Origin: Vicinamibacterales bacterium
Lineage (GTDB): Bacteria; Acidobacteriota; Vicinamibacteria; Vicinamibacterales; UBA8438
Direction of reading: 5' to 3'
Length of the DNA stretch: 64,000 bases
Assembly: GCA_958296065.1 (NCBI GenBank)
Contig: CATQHX010000078.1
Location: 73,045-137,044, forward strand
In this document: piece after piece, positions 44,282 through 55,493 of the stretch
Numbering within the stretch: the first letter of the stretch is position 1
Layout of the letters: every line of letters begins with the position of its first letter
Notes under the pieces: generated by a model
Database searches by the model: none
What the model was told of the DNA's origin: nothing
What the model saw: only the letters and a program-made list of their open reading frames with translations
Program-made: the position numbers and the translations under genes

Positions 44282-45732
44282 GGTTCGCTGGACGCGACCT
44301 CCTCGACGTCGGCGATCTTGAGCACCATCTGCCGGTAGGCATCGGTATCACGCGGCGGATCCACGGGATATGACTTTGTGTAGCACGCGTTGCAGTACTG
44401 ATCGTGCCGTGCGCCGACCGCCTGTCGCAACCCCGCCAGGCTCAGGTAGGCGAGTGTGTCGGCCCCCATGAAGTCGCGGATCTCGTCGACGCTCTTCCGG
44501 GCGGCAATCAGCTCGTCGCGGTAAGGCGTGTCGATACCGTAATAGCAGGGCGCGACGGTCGGGGGACAACTGATGCGCATGTGCACCTCCCGCGCGCCGG
44601 CCGCCTTGATCATCGACACGATCTTCTGGCTGGTCGTCCCCCGCACAATCGAGTCATCGACCAGCACGACCCGTTTCCCGTCGAGCACGCTCCGCACCGT
44701 GTTCAGCTTGACCTTCACCTTGAGGCCGCGGACCGACTGGTGCGGCTGGATGAACGTGCGGCCGACATAGTGGTTGCGGATGAGCCCCATCTTGAGCGGA
44801 ATGCCGGAGCTCTCGGCGTAGCCTATCGCCGCGACCAGCCCCGAATCGGGAATCGGAACCACCACGTCCGCCTCGACCGCCGACTCCTGCGCGAGCAACT
44901 GTCCGAGGTTCGTGCGCACCGTGTTGACGCTCTGACCGAACACGTCGCTGTCGGGACGTGCGAAATAGACGTGCTCGAACACGCAGTGCGCAGCCGGCGC
45001 GGGCGGGAACGGCTTGTACGAGCGCACGCCGTCCTCGCCGATCACCAGGATCTCGCCCGGCTCCACTTCGCGCTCGTAGCGGGCCCCGATCAGGTCCATG
45101 GCACAGGTCTCGGAGCAGACGACATAGGCATCTCCCAGACGGCCGAGGGCGAGGGGGCGGAATCCGTGCGGGTCGCGCACCGCGATCAGGTTGTTCGGCG
45201 TCAGCAGCACGAGCGAGAACGCGCCGCTCACCTGTGACACCGACTCGACGATGGCATCCTCAGGGGTAGCGGCGCTCGACTTGGCGTAGAGATGCAGGAC
45301 GACCTCGGTGTCGCTGTTGGTCTGGAAGATCGAGCCCTCCCGCACCAACCGATGCCGCAAGTCGCCCGCGTTGACAAGGTTGCCGTTGTGGCAGAGCGCG
45401 ATCTGCCCATGCGAGCAGTCGATCAGGATCGGCTGCGCGTTGACGATGCGGCTGTCGCCGGAGGTGGAGTACCGAACGTGGCCGATCGCGGACGCACCGG
45501 GCAGGGCGGCCAGCATCCGGTCGTTGAAGGCGTCGCCGACGTACCCCATCGCGCGCGACAGCTTTACCGTTCCGTCGCACGCGGCGGCTATCCCGGTGCT
45601 TTCCTGGCCCCGATGCTGCAACGCGTACAGGCCGAGGTAGGTCAGCGACGACGCGTCCTTGTGGCCGTAAATGCCGAAGACGCCGCACTCGTCGTGGAAC
45701 TTGTCGTCCATGCTCTCAGCCGTTGCGTTCAC
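44278..45732 (-). CDS. purF: Amidophosphoribosyltransferase
   Basis: ECGVFG, QHRGQ, HVRYST, VDDSIVRGTT motifs. Confidence 0.97.
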   Translation of the reverse strand: MNATAESMDDKFHDECGVFGIYGHKDASSLTYLGLYALQHRGQESTGIAAACDGTVKLSRAMGYVGDAFNDRMLAALPGASAIGHVRYSTSGDSRIVNAQPILIDCSHGQIALCHNGNLVNAGDLRHRLVREGSIFQTNSDTEVVLHLYAKSSAATPEDAIVESVSQVSGAFSLVLLTPNNLIAVRDPHGFRPLALGRLGDAYVVCSETCAMDLIGARYEREVEPGEILVIGEDGVRSYKPFPPAPAAHCVFEHVYFARPDSDVFGQSVNTVRTNLGQLLAQESAVEADVVVPIPDSGLVAAIGYAESSGIPLKMGLIRNHYVGRTFIQPHQSVRGLKVKVKLNTVRSVLDGKRVVLVDDSIVRGTTSQKIVSMIKAAGAREVHMRISCPPTVAPCYYGIDTPYRDELIAARKSVDEIRDFMGADTLAYLSLAGLRQAVGARHDQYCNACYTKSYPVDPPRDTDAYRQMVLKIADVEEVASSEP

Positions 45733-45840
45733 TCGCCGGCGGCCCTGGCACCCACATGCCGGCGGCTGGCAAGTCAGTTCGCGGTTCCCCGCGTCGTCTG
45801 CTCGGTATCTGCGACGCAGACTCCCAACACACCGATCCCG

Positions 45841-48066
45841 TCATGCGGCGGGAACCTCGAAGTACCGCGACAGGCCCGTCGCCCATCGTTGCTCCGCCTC
45901 GGCCAACTCCACTTCGACGGCCGGTTCCCCGTCGAACGTGAACCGCAGGCGCTCGCCGCCGGTTCTACCCAGCACCTGCGCCGGAACACTCGCCGCCGCG
46001 GCTCGCTCCAGCACGGCGTCCGCGTCCGCCTCCCGTACCGATACGACGATCTGCGAGGCCGCCTCGCCAAACAGCGCGGCTGCCAGGCCGGCCCCGTCAC
46101 TCGAACCGGGAATCGCCACGTCGAAGCCTATTCCGCCGTTCCCGAACGCACATTCCGCCAGCGCAACGGCCAAGCCGCCATCCGAGCAATCGTGGGCTGA
46201 ACGCAGGCGCCCGGCCTCGGCAAGCTCCGCCACCAGTTGCTGCAGAGCACGCTCTGCCTCCAGGTCGAGCTCGGGCGGTGTGCCGCGCACGATCCCGTGC
46301 ATCACCTTCAGGTACTCGCTGCCACCGAGCGCGCCACCCGGCGCTCCAAGCAACATCACGACCGCCCCGGCCTCGCGGAACACCCGGCCCACGACCCGAC
46401 GGGCGTCCTCTATTATGCCCACCACGCCGAGAACCGGAGTCGGCAGAATCGCCTGGCCATCCGTTTCGTTGTAAAGACTGACGTTGCCGCCGGTGATCGG
46501 GATGTGGAGGGCACGACAGGCGTCGCCGATTCCGGCTACCGCCCGGGCGAACTGCCACATGATCTCCGGCCGCTCCGGGTTACCGAAGTTCAAGCAGTTG
46601 GTGGCGCCGATCGGCCGGCCGCCAACGCAGGCGACGTTGCGGGCCGACTCGGCCACGGCCAGCATCGCCCCGCGGTACGGATCGAGAAAGCAGTACCGCC
46701 CGTTGCCGTCGACTGAGAACGCCAGGGCGCGAGGTGTCCCCTTGACGCGCACCACGCCTGCTCCCGCACCTGCGGGCACGATGGTGTTGGTCCGCACCAT
46801 GTGGTCGTACTGACGGTATATCCAGCGCTTGCTCGCGATGCCTGGCGAGCCGAGGAGCCGCCGAAAGGCCATGGACGGCGTACCGCCGGGCGCCAGCACT
46901 GACAGGTCGAGCGTCTGTCGTTGGTGGAGATCCTCCGGCTCGCGGTACGGGCGATCGTAGAGCGGCGCTTCGTCGGCCAGCGGCCGGTTGGGGATCTCCG
47001 CCACGATCTCTCCGCCGTCGCGGACGCGCAGCAGGCCGTCACCGGTCACTTCGCCGATCCGCACGGCGTGCAAGTCCCACTTCTCGAACACGCGATCGAC
47101 TTCCGCCTCGCGTCCCTGCCGCACTATGAAGAGCATCCGCTCCTGCGACTCGGACAACATGATCTCGTACGGTGTCATGTCCGACTCGCGCTGCGGCACA
47201 CGGGCGACGTCGATATCGATGCCGGCACCGCCACGGGCTCCCATCTCGCACGAAGAGCAGGTCAGCCCGGCCGCCCCCATGTCCTGCAGCCCGACCAGTG
47301 CGTCCGTCTGCAGCACTTCCAGACACGCCTCGAGCAACAGCTTTTCCATGAAGGGATCGCCGACCTGCACGTTGGGGCGCTTTTCGGCCGACGCGTCGTC
47401 GAACTCGGCCGACGCCATCGTCGCGCCGTGAATGCCGTCGCGGCCGGTCTTCGCACCTACGTAATAGACGGCATTGCCGGTCCCCTCGGCCCGACCCCGA
47501 ATCACGCCATCCACCGGAGCGATGCCCAGGCAGAAAACGTTGACGAGCGGGTTGCCGGAGTAGGTGTCGTCGAAGGCGACCTCGCCACCGACGGTCGGGA
47601 TTCCGATGCTGTTGCCGTAGCCGGCGATCCCGGCGACCACCCCCTGGACCAGCCTCCGGGTCGCCGGCGATTCCAGCGATCCGAACCGCAGCGAGTCGAG
47701 TAGCGCAACAGGCCGGGCGCCCATCGTGAAGATGTCGCGAATGATCCCGCCCACACCGGTCGCCGCGCCCTGGTACGGTTCGATGAAGGACGGATGGTTG
47801 TGCGATTCGATCTTGAACACGGCGGCCAGACCGCCGCCGATGTCGAGCACTCCCGCGTTCTCGCCCGGTCCCTGCAGCACGCGCGGGCCGGCGGTCGGCA
47901 GGGTTCGCAGGTGGATCCGCGAGCTCTTGTAGCTGCAGTGCTCGGACCACATCACCGAGAAGATGCCCAACTCCAGCAGATTGGGGTCGCGCCCGAGGAT
48001 GGCGACGATGCGCTGATACTCCTCGGTGGTCAGCCCGTGCGCCGCGATGGTGCCGGGATCGATCAC
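45841..48066 (-). CDS. purL: FGAM synthase large subunit
   Basis: [37 protein letters not shown] motifs. Confidence 0.96.
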   Translation of the reverse strand: MIDPGTIAAHGLTTEEYQRIVAILGRDPNLLELGIFSVMWSEHCSYKSSRIHLRTLPTAGPRVLQGPGENAGVLDIGGGLAAVFKIESHNHPSFIEPYQGAATGVGGIIRDIFTMGARPVALLDSLRFGSLESPATRRLVQGVVAGIAGYGNSIGIPTVGGEVAFDDTYSGNPLVNVFCLGIAPVDGVIRGRAEGTGNAVYYVGAKTGRDGIHGATMASAEFDDASAEKRPNVQVGDPFMEKLLLEACLEVLQTDALVGLQDMGAAGLTCSSCEMGARGGAGIDIDVARVPQRESDMTPYEIMLSESQERMLFIVRQGREAEVDRVFEKWDLHAVRIGEVTGDGLLRVRDGGEIVAEIPNRPLADEAPLYDRPYREPEDLHQRQTLDLSVLAPGGTPSMAFRRLLGSPGIASKRWIYRQYDHMVRTNTIVPAGAGAGVVRVKGTPRALAFSVDGNGRYCFLDPYRGAMLAVAESARNVACVGGRPIGATNCLNFGNPERPEIMWQFARAVAGIGDACRALHIPITGGNVSLYNETDGQAILPTPVLGVVGIIEDARRVVGRVFREAGAVVMLLGAPGGALGGSEYLKVMHGIVRGTPPELDLEAERALQQLVAELAEAGRLRSAHDCSDGGLAVALAECAFGNGGIGFDVAIPGSSDGAGLAAALFGEAASQIVVSVREADADAVLERAAAASVPAQVLGRTGGERLRFTFDGEPAVEVELAEAEQRWATGLSRYFEVPAA

Positions 48067-48266
48067 GAACGGGCTCCGGTCAGCAGCAGGATCCCGAAGG
48101 CGGCCATCACCACTCCCGCCAGAGCCAGCACCGCCGCCACGATGACTCCCCCCGGTGGCGGCAGCGGCACGACGCTTGCGCCGAAGAGCGCCGCCACGGT
48201 GAGCAACAGCAATCCGATGCCGACGAAGATTCGGGCGAGTCGCCGCCGCGCTTCCGGAGACGCCAT
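48063..48266 (-). CDS. Small two-TM hypothetical membrane protein inside the pur operon
   Basis: 67 aa; start overlaps the purQ stop (TGATG) and stop overlaps the purL start (GTGA); GGAGG SD. Confidence 0.65.
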   Translation of the reverse strand: MASPEARRRLARIFVGIGLLLLTVAALFGASVVPLPPPGGVIVAAVLALAGVVMAAFGILLLTGARS

Positions 48267-48982
48267 CAAATTGCCTCCGCGACGGACGCGGGCACAGCCG
48301 CTGCCGCCAGCACCGACTCGAACACCACGCGGCCGTCCGTGCTCCCGACCGCGACCTCGCAAGCTCGCTCGGGATGCGGCATGAGGCCGAGGACGTTGCG
48401 CTCGCGGCTGCAAATCCCCGCGATCGCCTGGGTCGACCCGTTGACGTTCCGCCGCTCGTCAGCGGCTCCGTCCGGCGCTGTGTAGCGGAAGACAATCTGC
48501 CGGTTCTCGGCGAGCTCGCTCAGAGTCCCCGGATCAGCGTAGTAGTTTCCCTCGCCGTGGGCGATGGGGATGCGCAATACCTGGCCGACGGCCGCGCGTC
48601 GCGTGAACGGCGTGTCCGAGGCTTCCACCCTCAGGTGCACGTGCTCGCAGATGAACTTCAAATCGCGGTTCCGCCGCATTCCCCCGGGCAGCAGTCCCGC
48701 CTCGAGCAACACCTGGAAACCGTTGCAGATGCCGATGACCGGCCCGCCGGCAGCGGCGAATTCCCTCACCCGATCCATGATTGGCGAGAAGCGGGCGATG
48801 GCGCCGCACCGCAGATAGTCGCCGTACGAGAATCCACCAGGCAGCACCACCGCGTCGGGGCCGCGCAGATCGGTCGCCTTGTGCCAGACCAGGTCGACCT
48901 GCTGTCCCAGCACGTCCGCGAGCGCGTGGTACGCATCGTGGTCGCAGTTCGATCCGGGAAAGACCACCACCGCAAATCTCAT
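48266..48982 (-). CDS. purQ: FGAM synthase glutaminase subunit
   Basis: FPGSNCD, GICNGFQ, MPHPER motifs. Confidence 0.97.
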   Translation of the reverse strand: MRFAVVVFPGSNCDHDAYHALADVLGQQVDLVWHKATDLRGPDAVVLPGGFSYGDYLRCGAIARFSPIMDRVREFAAAGGPVIGICNGFQVLLEAGLLPGGMRRNRDLKFICEHVHLRVEASDTPFTRRAAVGQVLRIPIAHGEGNYYADPGTLSELAENRQIVFRYTAPDGAADERRNVNGSTQAIAGICSRERNVLGLMPHPERACEVAVGSTDGRVVFESVLAAAAVPASVAEAI

Positions 48983-49025
48983 CCTGACGCCTGCCTCCTG
49001 CCTGCCTGGCTTCTTCCCGGGCAGC

Positions 49026-49271
49026 TCACGGTTTGCCGACCTCGACCCGGTAGCTCTCGATCACAGGGTTCGCCAGCAGCCGGTCGGCCACCTCGCCCGC
49101 GAGCGAACGCGTCTGGTCGACGGTCGGCGCGTCGATGTCGAGCTCGAAGTACTTGCCCTGTCTCACATCGCGAACCGCGTCGTAGCCGAGGCTGTGCAGA
49201 GCCCCTGCGATGGTCTTGCCCTGCGGGTCCAGGATCGAGGGCTTCAACGTGACGTAGACTCTCGCCTTCAC
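49026..49271 (-). CDS. purS: FGAM synthase PurS subunit
   Basis: [23 protein letters not shown] motifs. Confidence 0.95.
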   Translation of the reverse strand: MKARVYVTLKPSILDPQGKTIAGALHSLGYDAVRDVRQGKYFELDIDAPTVDQTRSLAGEVADRLLANPVIESYRVEVGKP

Positions 49272-50635
49272 GACGCCTCCGAAACGAGCCCGACCCGCTC
49301 GCCGATCCGTGCGGCCGGCGGCTGCACCGCGGCAGCCTCCCCGGTCGCGAACGCACGGTCCATGATCGCATCCACGTGGCGAAGCTGCACGTCCAGATCG
49401 AACGCACGCTCGATCCCGGCCGCATCGAGCACGGCGGTCACCTCGCCATCGGCCAGCAGCAACGACTTGAAATCGCGCCCCTCGTCGTGCGAGCGCATGG
49501 CGTTGCGTTGCACGAGCAGGTAGGCATCCTCGCGAGACACGCCACGACTGGCGAGTTCCAGCAGCACTGTGCCGGAGAACACTACGCCGCGGGATCGCTC
49601 CAGATTCTCGCGCATCCGATCGGGGTAGACGACCAGGCCGCGTACGATGCGGGTAAAGCGGCGAACCATGTGGTCCAGCGCACAGAAGCTGTCCGGCACG
49701 ATGACCCGCTCGACCGACGAATGCGAGATGTCGCGCTCGTGCCACAGCGCGACGTTCTCGATGGCGGCCAGCGCGTTGACGCGCACCACGCGGGCCAGGC
49801 CCGTGATCTGCTCGCAGCCAATCGGGTTGCGCTTGTGGGGCATCGCCGACGAGCCCTTCTGGCCCTTGGCGAACGGCTCGGCCACCTCGCCGATCTCTGT
49901 CTTCTGCAGGCCGCGCACCTCCAGCGCGAACTTCTCGAGAGACGCGGCGGCAATCGCCAGGGCGCTCAGCAGCTCGGCATGACGGTCGCGCTGCACGACC
50001 TGGGAAGCGACCGGGGCCGGGGTCAGACCGAGACGGTCGCATACCCCCTGCTCGATGGCCGGATCCAGGTGCGCATAGGTTCCGACCGCCCCCGACAGCT
50101 TGCCGACGCTGATCGTCTCCCGGGCGCGGACCAGGCGCTCGCGGTCGCGCACCAGCTCGGCGAACCAGAGCGCCAGCTTGAGGCCGAACGTCATCGGCTC
50201 CGCGTGGACACCGTGGGTCCGGCCGATCATCGGGGTCCGCCGGTGCTCGTCCGCCCGTTGGCGCACGGCTTCCGCCAGGGCATCCAGGTCGGCCAGCAGC
50301 AGGTCGCACGCCTCGCGCATCTGCAGCGCGTGGGCGGTGTCGATGACGTCCGACGACGTCATGCCGAAATGCAACCAGCGCGCCGCGGGACCGACGTGCT
50401 CGGCCACCGCCGTCGTGAACGCGATGACGTCGTGCTGCGTCGTCTCCTCGATCGCCGCGACCCGCGCCGCGTCGACGGCGCCGCGCTCCCGGATGTCGCG
50501 GGCCGCGTCCAGGGGAACCAGACCGTGGTCGGCCATCGCTTGCGCGGCGGCGATCTCGACGCGCAGCCACGTGTCGTACTTGCGCTGATCGGTCCACAGG
50601 CGGCCCATCTCGCGCGGTGTGTAGCGGGAAATCAT
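49268..50635 (-). CDS. purB: Adenylosuccinate lyase
   Basis: [27 protein letters not shown] motifs. Confidence 0.97.
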   Translation of the reverse strand: MISRYTPREMGRLWTDQRKYDTWLRVEIAAAQAMADHGLVPLDAARDIRERGAVDAARVAAIEETTQHDVIAFTTAVAEHVGPAARWLHFGMTSSDVIDTAHALQMREACDLLLADLDALAEAVRQRADEHRRTPMIGRTHGVHAEPMTFGLKLALWFAELVRDRERLVRARETISVGKLSGAVGTYAHLDPAIEQGVCDRLGLTPAPVASQVVQRDRHAELLSALAIAAASLEKFALEVRGLQKTEIGEVAEPFAKGQKGSSAMPHKRNPIGCEQITGLARVVRVNALAAIENVALWHERDISHSSVERVIVPDSFCALDHMVRRFTRIVRGLVVYPDRMRENLERSRGVVFSGTVLLELASRGVSREDAYLLVQRNAMRSHDEGRDFKSLLLADGEVTAVLDAAGIERAFDLDVQLRHVDAIMDRAFATGEAAAVQPPAARIGERVGLVSEAS

Positions 50636-51522
50636 CGCGAACGAACCTCGTTGCCGGCCGGGTCCGGACTCGCGCCGGGCGGGACGGGAAACGGAAGCGC
50701 CGTCTGTCGCGGAGCGGCCGGCGGCGATGTCGCCGGCTGCGCCCAGGCAGCCAGCTCGATGGTCGGGGTCACCCGATCCTGGCACGCCACCACCACGTCC
50801 ACATCGGTCCTGCCGCTCCCCGACAACGCCTCCCGACAGGTCATGCGGGCCAACTCCGGCAGATTGTTGACGCGACTCAGATGGGCGAGCACCAGGCAGC
50901 GTACCGACGCGCCCAGATGGTCGCGCACGAACGCGGCGAGCGATTCATTCGAAAGGTGGCCGCCGTCGCCGGCGATGCGTTCGCGGGTCGAGCGCGCGTA
51001 CGGACTGACGCGCAGAAGCTCGGTCGCGTGGTTCGATTCGATGACCAGCAGCCGGCAGTCACGGAATCGCTCTATCAGCAGGGGCGTCAGCTTCCCGATA
51101 TCGGTGGCGTAGCCGATGGCGCCTTCCGGCGTCTCTATGCGAAAGGCGACCGTCTCGGAGGCGTCGTGCGGCACCTCGAACGGAATGAACCGCAGGCCAC
51201 CCAAATCGACCGCCGCGCCCGGCGCCAGCTCTCGCCAGTCGACACCGTCCATCGACCTCCATTCGTCGCGGACGGCGGCGGTCGCCCAGGTTCGCACGCC
51301 GTGACGCTTCGACAGCATGCGCAGGCCTCGGGTGTGGTCGCCGTGGCCATGCGTAATCAGGATGGCGTCCAGCATCCCGGGGTCGACGCGGACCTCCCGC
51401 AGGCGGCGGCTCAGCTCCCGATAGCTGAACCCCGCGTCGAGCAGCACGCGATTGCCCGCGTGGCGCACGAGTGTCGCATTCCCGGCGCTCCCGCTCCCCA
51501 GCACCGTCAACTCGACCCCGAT
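50632..51522 (-). CDS. Metallo-beta-lactamase-fold hydrolase (YycJ/WalJ-like); start uncertain
   Basis: LGSGSAGN, THGHGDH, PHDA, ATDIG, ESNH, GHLSN, LAHLS motifs. Confidence 0.85.
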   Translation of the reverse strand: MGVELTVLGSGSAGNATLVRHAGNRVLLDAGFSYRELSRRLREVRVDPGMLDAILITHGHGDHTRGLRMLSKRHGVRTWATAAVRDEWRSMDGVDWRELAPGAAVDLGGLRFIPFEVPHDASETVAFRIETPEGAIGYATDIGKLTPLLIERFRDCRLLVIESNHATELLRVSPYARSTRERIAGDGGHLSNESLAAFVRDHLGASVRCLVLAHLSRVNNLPELARMTCREALSGSGRTDVDVVVACQDRVTPTIELAAWAQPATSPPAAPRQTALPFPVPPGASPDPAGNEVRSR

Positions 51523-51545
51523 GGCTCTGTCCCTCCGCTCGGTGG

Positions 51546-52805
51546 TCAGCCCAGATCGAGCCGCGCCGGCGAGAGCGATGCCCCCGAGACCGGGCCCACC
51601 GCCGTCGCGGCCAGCGCGCCGTTCCGAAACAGATCCGCCGCCACCCGCTGTACGTCGCCGGTCGTGACGCGGTCGATACCGGCAAGGGTCTCGGACAGCG
51701 GTACCTGCCGGCCGAAGTACATCTCGCACTGCGCGAGTTGCGACATGCGGCTGCTCGTGCTCTCGAGGCCGAGCACGCAACTGCCCTTCAGGTGATCCTT
51801 CGCGCGCTGCAGCTCGTCGTCGGGCACCGCCGTGCGCCGCAGCCCGCGCAACTCCTTCACGACGAGCTCCACCACCTCGGCCACCGCGGCCCCGTCGCAT
51901 CCCACGTACACCGTCAGCACGCCGGCATCCCGGTACGCGGTCAGGCCGCTGCTGACCGCGTAGGCCAGCCCGCGCTTCTCGCGGATGTTCTGGAACAGGC
52001 GCGAGCTCATCGAGCCGCCCAGCACCGTGTTGAGCACGTAGGTGGCGTAACGGTCCTCGTGGCTCTGCGGATACCCGCGGGTGCCGAGGCACAGATGCGC
52101 CTGTTCGAGATCCTTGTCGCGCAGCTCGATCCCGGCGTCGACCGACGGCTCGCGGGAACCGGGCGGCTCGCCGCCTTCCGCCAGCGGCGCGAACGCCGTC
52201 CCCACCAGGTCCCGCATCTCGGCCGCGTCGACGCTTCCGGCAGCCGAGACGATCAGGTTGCCGGCCGTGTAAGCGCCCGCGAAGTACCTGCGGAGAGCCG
52301 CCGCATCGATTGCGCCGACCGACTCGGCGGTCCCCAGGATCGGGCGCCCGAGCGGATGGCCCGGCCAGAAGCTGGCCGTAAACACCTCGTGGACCAGATC
52401 GTCCGGCGTGTCCTCGACCATCTTGATCTCTTCGAGGACGACGCTCTGCTCGCGACGGATCTCCTCGTCCTCGAACGCCGGGTTCAACAGCAGGTCGCTC
52501 AGCAGATCGACGGCCCGCGGGAGATGCTCGTCGAGCACCTTCACGTAGTAGCCGGCGTACTCCTTTGCCGTGAACGCATCGAGCTGCCCGCCGATGGAGT
52601 CGATCTCCTGCGCGATGGCCTCCGCCGAGCGCGATGTGGTCCCCTTGAACAGCATGTGCTCCACGAAGTGCGCGATGCCCGCCCGGTCGGAGCCCTCGTG
52701 CCGGGAGCCGCTGGTCAACCAGGCTCCCAGACTGACCGAGCGGACCGCCGGCATCGGCTCGGTGAGCAGACGGAGACCGCTATCGAATTCGTGACGCTCG
52801 ATCAT
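51546..52805 (-). CDS. M16 (pitrilysin-family) zinc peptidase
   Basis: HFVEHMLFKGT (HxxEH); SSRLFQNIREKRGLAY. Confidence 0.93.
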   Translation of the reverse strand: MIERHEFDSGLRLLTEPMPAVRSVSLGAWLTSGSRHEGSDRAGIAHFVEHMLFKGTTSRSAEAIAQEIDSIGGQLDAFTAKEYAGYYVKVLDEHLPRAVDLLSDLLLNPAFEDEEIRREQSVVLEEIKMVEDTPDDLVHEVFTASFWPGHPLGRPILGTAESVGAIDAAALRRYFAGAYTAGNLIVSAAGSVDAAEMRDLVGTAFAPLAEGGEPPGSREPSVDAGIELRDKDLEQAHLCLGTRGYPQSHEDRYATYVLNTVLGGSMSSRLFQNIREKRGLAYAVSSGLTAYRDAGVLTVYVGCDGAAVAEVVELVVKELRGLRRTAVPDDELQRAKDHLKGSCVLGLESTSSRMSQLAQCEMYFGRQVPLSETLAGIDRVTTGDVQRVAADLFRNGALAATAVGPVSGASLSPARLDLG

Positions 52806-53025
52806 GTCGGAGGGCATCCGCCCCACAGGGGCCGCCAGAGGAGCGCTGTCAGCACGCAAACGCTTGCAAAGACTACAGTTAAACGAACCCAGGCACCTGA
52901 ATCGTACCACACGTTACAGGATCGCAGCAACTGGCATCCGTCCGTTGGGCCGCTGCACGCCGCCTCCACCGCCGCCGGCCGCGTGGTAGCATGCGGCCCG
53001 TCCGTCCGCCGGGACACGCTGCCCA

Positions 53026-54111
53026 ATGTCTGCGCCACAGATCCTCACCGAGCTCGAGCCCGACGCGCTCGCCGAGGCGCTGGCCAGCTTCGGGGCGAAG
53101 CCGTTCCACGCCCGGCAGATCTACCGCTGGATCTACCGGCGCGGCATCGCCGATTTCGCCCGCATGACCGACCTGTCGAGGGACCTGCGCGCGAATCTCG
53201 AGCGGACGTTCACCATCCCGACGCCGGCGGTCACCACGCGCAGCGAGTCCGCCGACGGCACCGTGAAGTTCCTGCTGCGGCTCGGCGATGGACGGGAAGT
53301 GGAGTCGGTCTTCATCCCCGACACCCCGGCGATGACGTTGTGCGTGTCGACGCAGGCCGGCTGCGCCATGCGCTGCGGCTTCTGCCTGACCGGGCGGATG
53401 GGCCTGCTGCGCAACCTGACCGCCGGCGAGGTCGCCGCGCAGGTGCGGGTGATGGCGCACGACCTCGATCTCGCCGGCCGGCGCTTCAACATCGTGCTGA
53501 TGGGAATGGGCGAGCCGCTGCACAACTACGACGAGACGATGAAGGCGCTCCGGATACTGGCGGCCGACTGCGGGCTCGCGGTGAGCCCCCGCCGCGTGAC
53601 CCTCTCGACGGTCGGCGTGCTCCCGGCGCTCGAGCGGCTGGCCCAGGAGCCGCTGATGCCCAACCTGGCCGTCTCGCTGCACGCCACCACCGAGGAGCTG
53701 CGCGACCGCCTGGTACCGGTGAGCCGCAAGTACGGGCTCGCGGACCTGATCGCCGCGTGCCGCCGATTCCCGCTGGCGCGGCGCGACCGGATCACCTTCG
53801 AGTACGTCCTGCTGCGCGACGTCAACGACGGGATTGCCGACGCCCGGCGGCTGGCGAACCTGCTGCGCGGCATCCGGTCGAAGATCAACCTGATCCCGCT
53901 GAACGAGGCGCCCGGCATTCCGTACCGCCGGCCGTCCGACGCGCAGATCGACCGCTTCGCGCGCACCCTGGCCGAGCGGCACCTGACCGTGTCGGTGCGC
54001 AAGAGCCGCGGACGCGACATCCGCGCCGCCTGCGGGCAGCTCATCGTCGAGGGGGCGCGGCCGGCCCCGGGACAGCGCGCCGCCGCCCTGCTCGAACGCC
54101 GACCGCCGTGA
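53026..54111 (+). CDS. rlmN: 23S rRNA/tRNA m2A methyltransferase
   Basis: CAMRCGFC radical-SAM motif, MGMGEPL, AACGQL. Confidence 0.95.
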   Translation: MSAPQILTELEPDALAEALASFGAKPFHARQIYRWIYRRGIADFARMTDLSRDLRANLERTFTIPTPAVTTRSESADGTVKFLLRLGDGREVESVFIPDTPAMTLCVSTQAGCAMRCGFCLTGRMGLLRNLTAGEVAAQVRVMAHDLDLAGRRFNIVLMGMGEPLHNYDETMKALRILAADCGLAVSPRRVTLSTVGVLPALERLAQEPLMPNLAVSLHATTEELRDRLVPVSRKYGLADLIAACRRFPLARRDRITFEYVLLRDVNDGIADARRLANLLRGIRSKINLIPLNEAPGIPYRRPSDAQIDRFARTLAERHLTVSVRKSRGRDIRAACGQLIVEGARPAPGQRAAALLERRPP

Positions 54112-54122
54112 CGCAAGCGCCG

Positions 54123-55406
54123 TCAGCCGGCGGAGGCGACCAACTCACCGACCATCGTCTCGCCGGCAGCGGTGATGCGCACCCGCACGCGTTCGTTCCC
54201 GGGGCACTCGGCAGGTACCCGGACGCGCAAGTAGTTGTCGGTCAGCACGACCGTATCGCCGGCCCGGGCGAGCGTCAGGCCCGACCGGACGTTGCCGACC
54301 TGCGACGCCCGGAACCGCTCCGCCAAGGTTGCACCGACCTCCCGCACGGCGCGCGCCCGCTCGCGGATGCAGCGCCCGTGCACCTTCCCGGACATCCCCG
54401 TCGCCTCCGTGCCGGGACGATCCGAGTAGGGGAAGACGTGCAGATACGTAAGAGGACTGTCACGAATGAAGCGGAGCGTCGTCGCGGCGTCGCCGTCCGT
54501 CTCCCCCGGGAACCCGACCACGAGGTCGGTGCCGAGCGCCGCGTGCGGCAGGCGTTCGCGAATGTCCGTAACCACGGCCCGGTACCCGGCCGCCGTGTAC
54601 GGCCGCCGCATCCGTCGCAGGACGGCGTCGCTCGCGTGCTGCAGCGGCAGATGAAAGTGCGGCGCGAACCGCGGGCTCGTGGTCACCAGCTCGACCACTT
54701 CCGGGGTGCAGTCCATCGGCTCCAGCGAGCTCATCCGCACGAGCAAGTCGGACGGGTGGGCGGCGAGCGCTCCCAGCAACGCCGCGAGCGACGACGTCGG
54801 AGTCAGGTCGCGGCCGTAGGAACCGAGGTGAACCCCGGTGAGCTGCAGCTCACGGTACCCGGCCTCGACGGCCTGGTCCACCTCGTCGAGCACGCGCGGC
54901 AACGGCACGCTGCGCCCGCGCCCGCGCGTCGACGGGATGATGCAGTACGCACATGCCTCGTCGCAGCCGGTCTGCACGCGCAGCGTGTAGGCCGTGCGCC
55001 CCCCCTCGTCCGGCCGGATCGGAGCGCCGCAGGCGCCCTGCCCCGCACCGAAGCGCACCGCCGTGGTCGGCTCGACAGTGCCCAGGATGCGCGCCGCGAG
55101 CTCCTCCTTCTCCACGTTCGGCACCACGGCGACGACGCCAGGCAGGGCCGCGACCTCCTCGGCGGCACGGGATGCGTAGCAGCCGGTGGCGACGATTCGG
55201 GCGCCGGCGTTGGTCCGGGCGATGCGCCGGATAGCCTGACGCGTCCCCTGATCGGCGGTTGCCGTGACCGAGCAACTGTTGACGACCACAACGTCCGCCG
55301 CCTCGACCGGAGCGGGGCTCGCCCCTGCAGCGCGCAGGCCACGCTCCAGCGCGAACGAGTCGGCCTGATTGACCCGACAGCCGAACGTGACCACGGCAAA
55401 CTTCAT
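54123..55406 (-). CDS. mtaB: tRNA methylthiotransferase, MtaB type
   Basis: TFGCRVNQ, NSCSVT, CDEACAYC, VGFPGET, HVFPYS motifs. Confidence 0.88.
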   Translation of the reverse strand: MKFAVVTFGCRVNQADSFALERGLRAAGASPAPVEAADVVVVNSCSVTATADQGTRQAIRRIARTNAGARIVATGCYASRAAEEVAALPGVVAVVPNVEKEELAARILGTVEPTTAVRFGAGQGACGAPIRPDEGGRTAYTLRVQTGCDEACAYCIIPSTRGRGRSVPLPRVLDEVDQAVEAGYRELQLTGVHLGSYGRDLTPTSSLAALLGALAAHPSDLLVRMSSLEPMDCTPEVVELVTTSPRFAPHFHLPLQHASDAVLRRMRRPYTAAGYRAVVTDIRERLPHAALGTDLVVGFPGETDGDAATTLRFIRDSPLTYLHVFPYSDRPGTEATGMSGKVHGRCIRERARAVREVGATLAERFRASQVGNVRSGLTLARAGDTVVLTDNYLRVRVPAECPGNERVRVRITAAGETMVGELVASAG

Positions 55407-55493
55407 CGCTTGGGGAGTATATGTGACGGAGCTCTCGTTGCTCGTGCGCCGAATTATGGTAAAACGCGTCTTTTTTTGACACGCACAGAGCCG

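Noticed and set aside
48983-49025. Short (CTGC)n-like repeat in the purS-purQ spacer
   Set aside because: Only a few degenerate units around the SD; too short to call a functional repeat.
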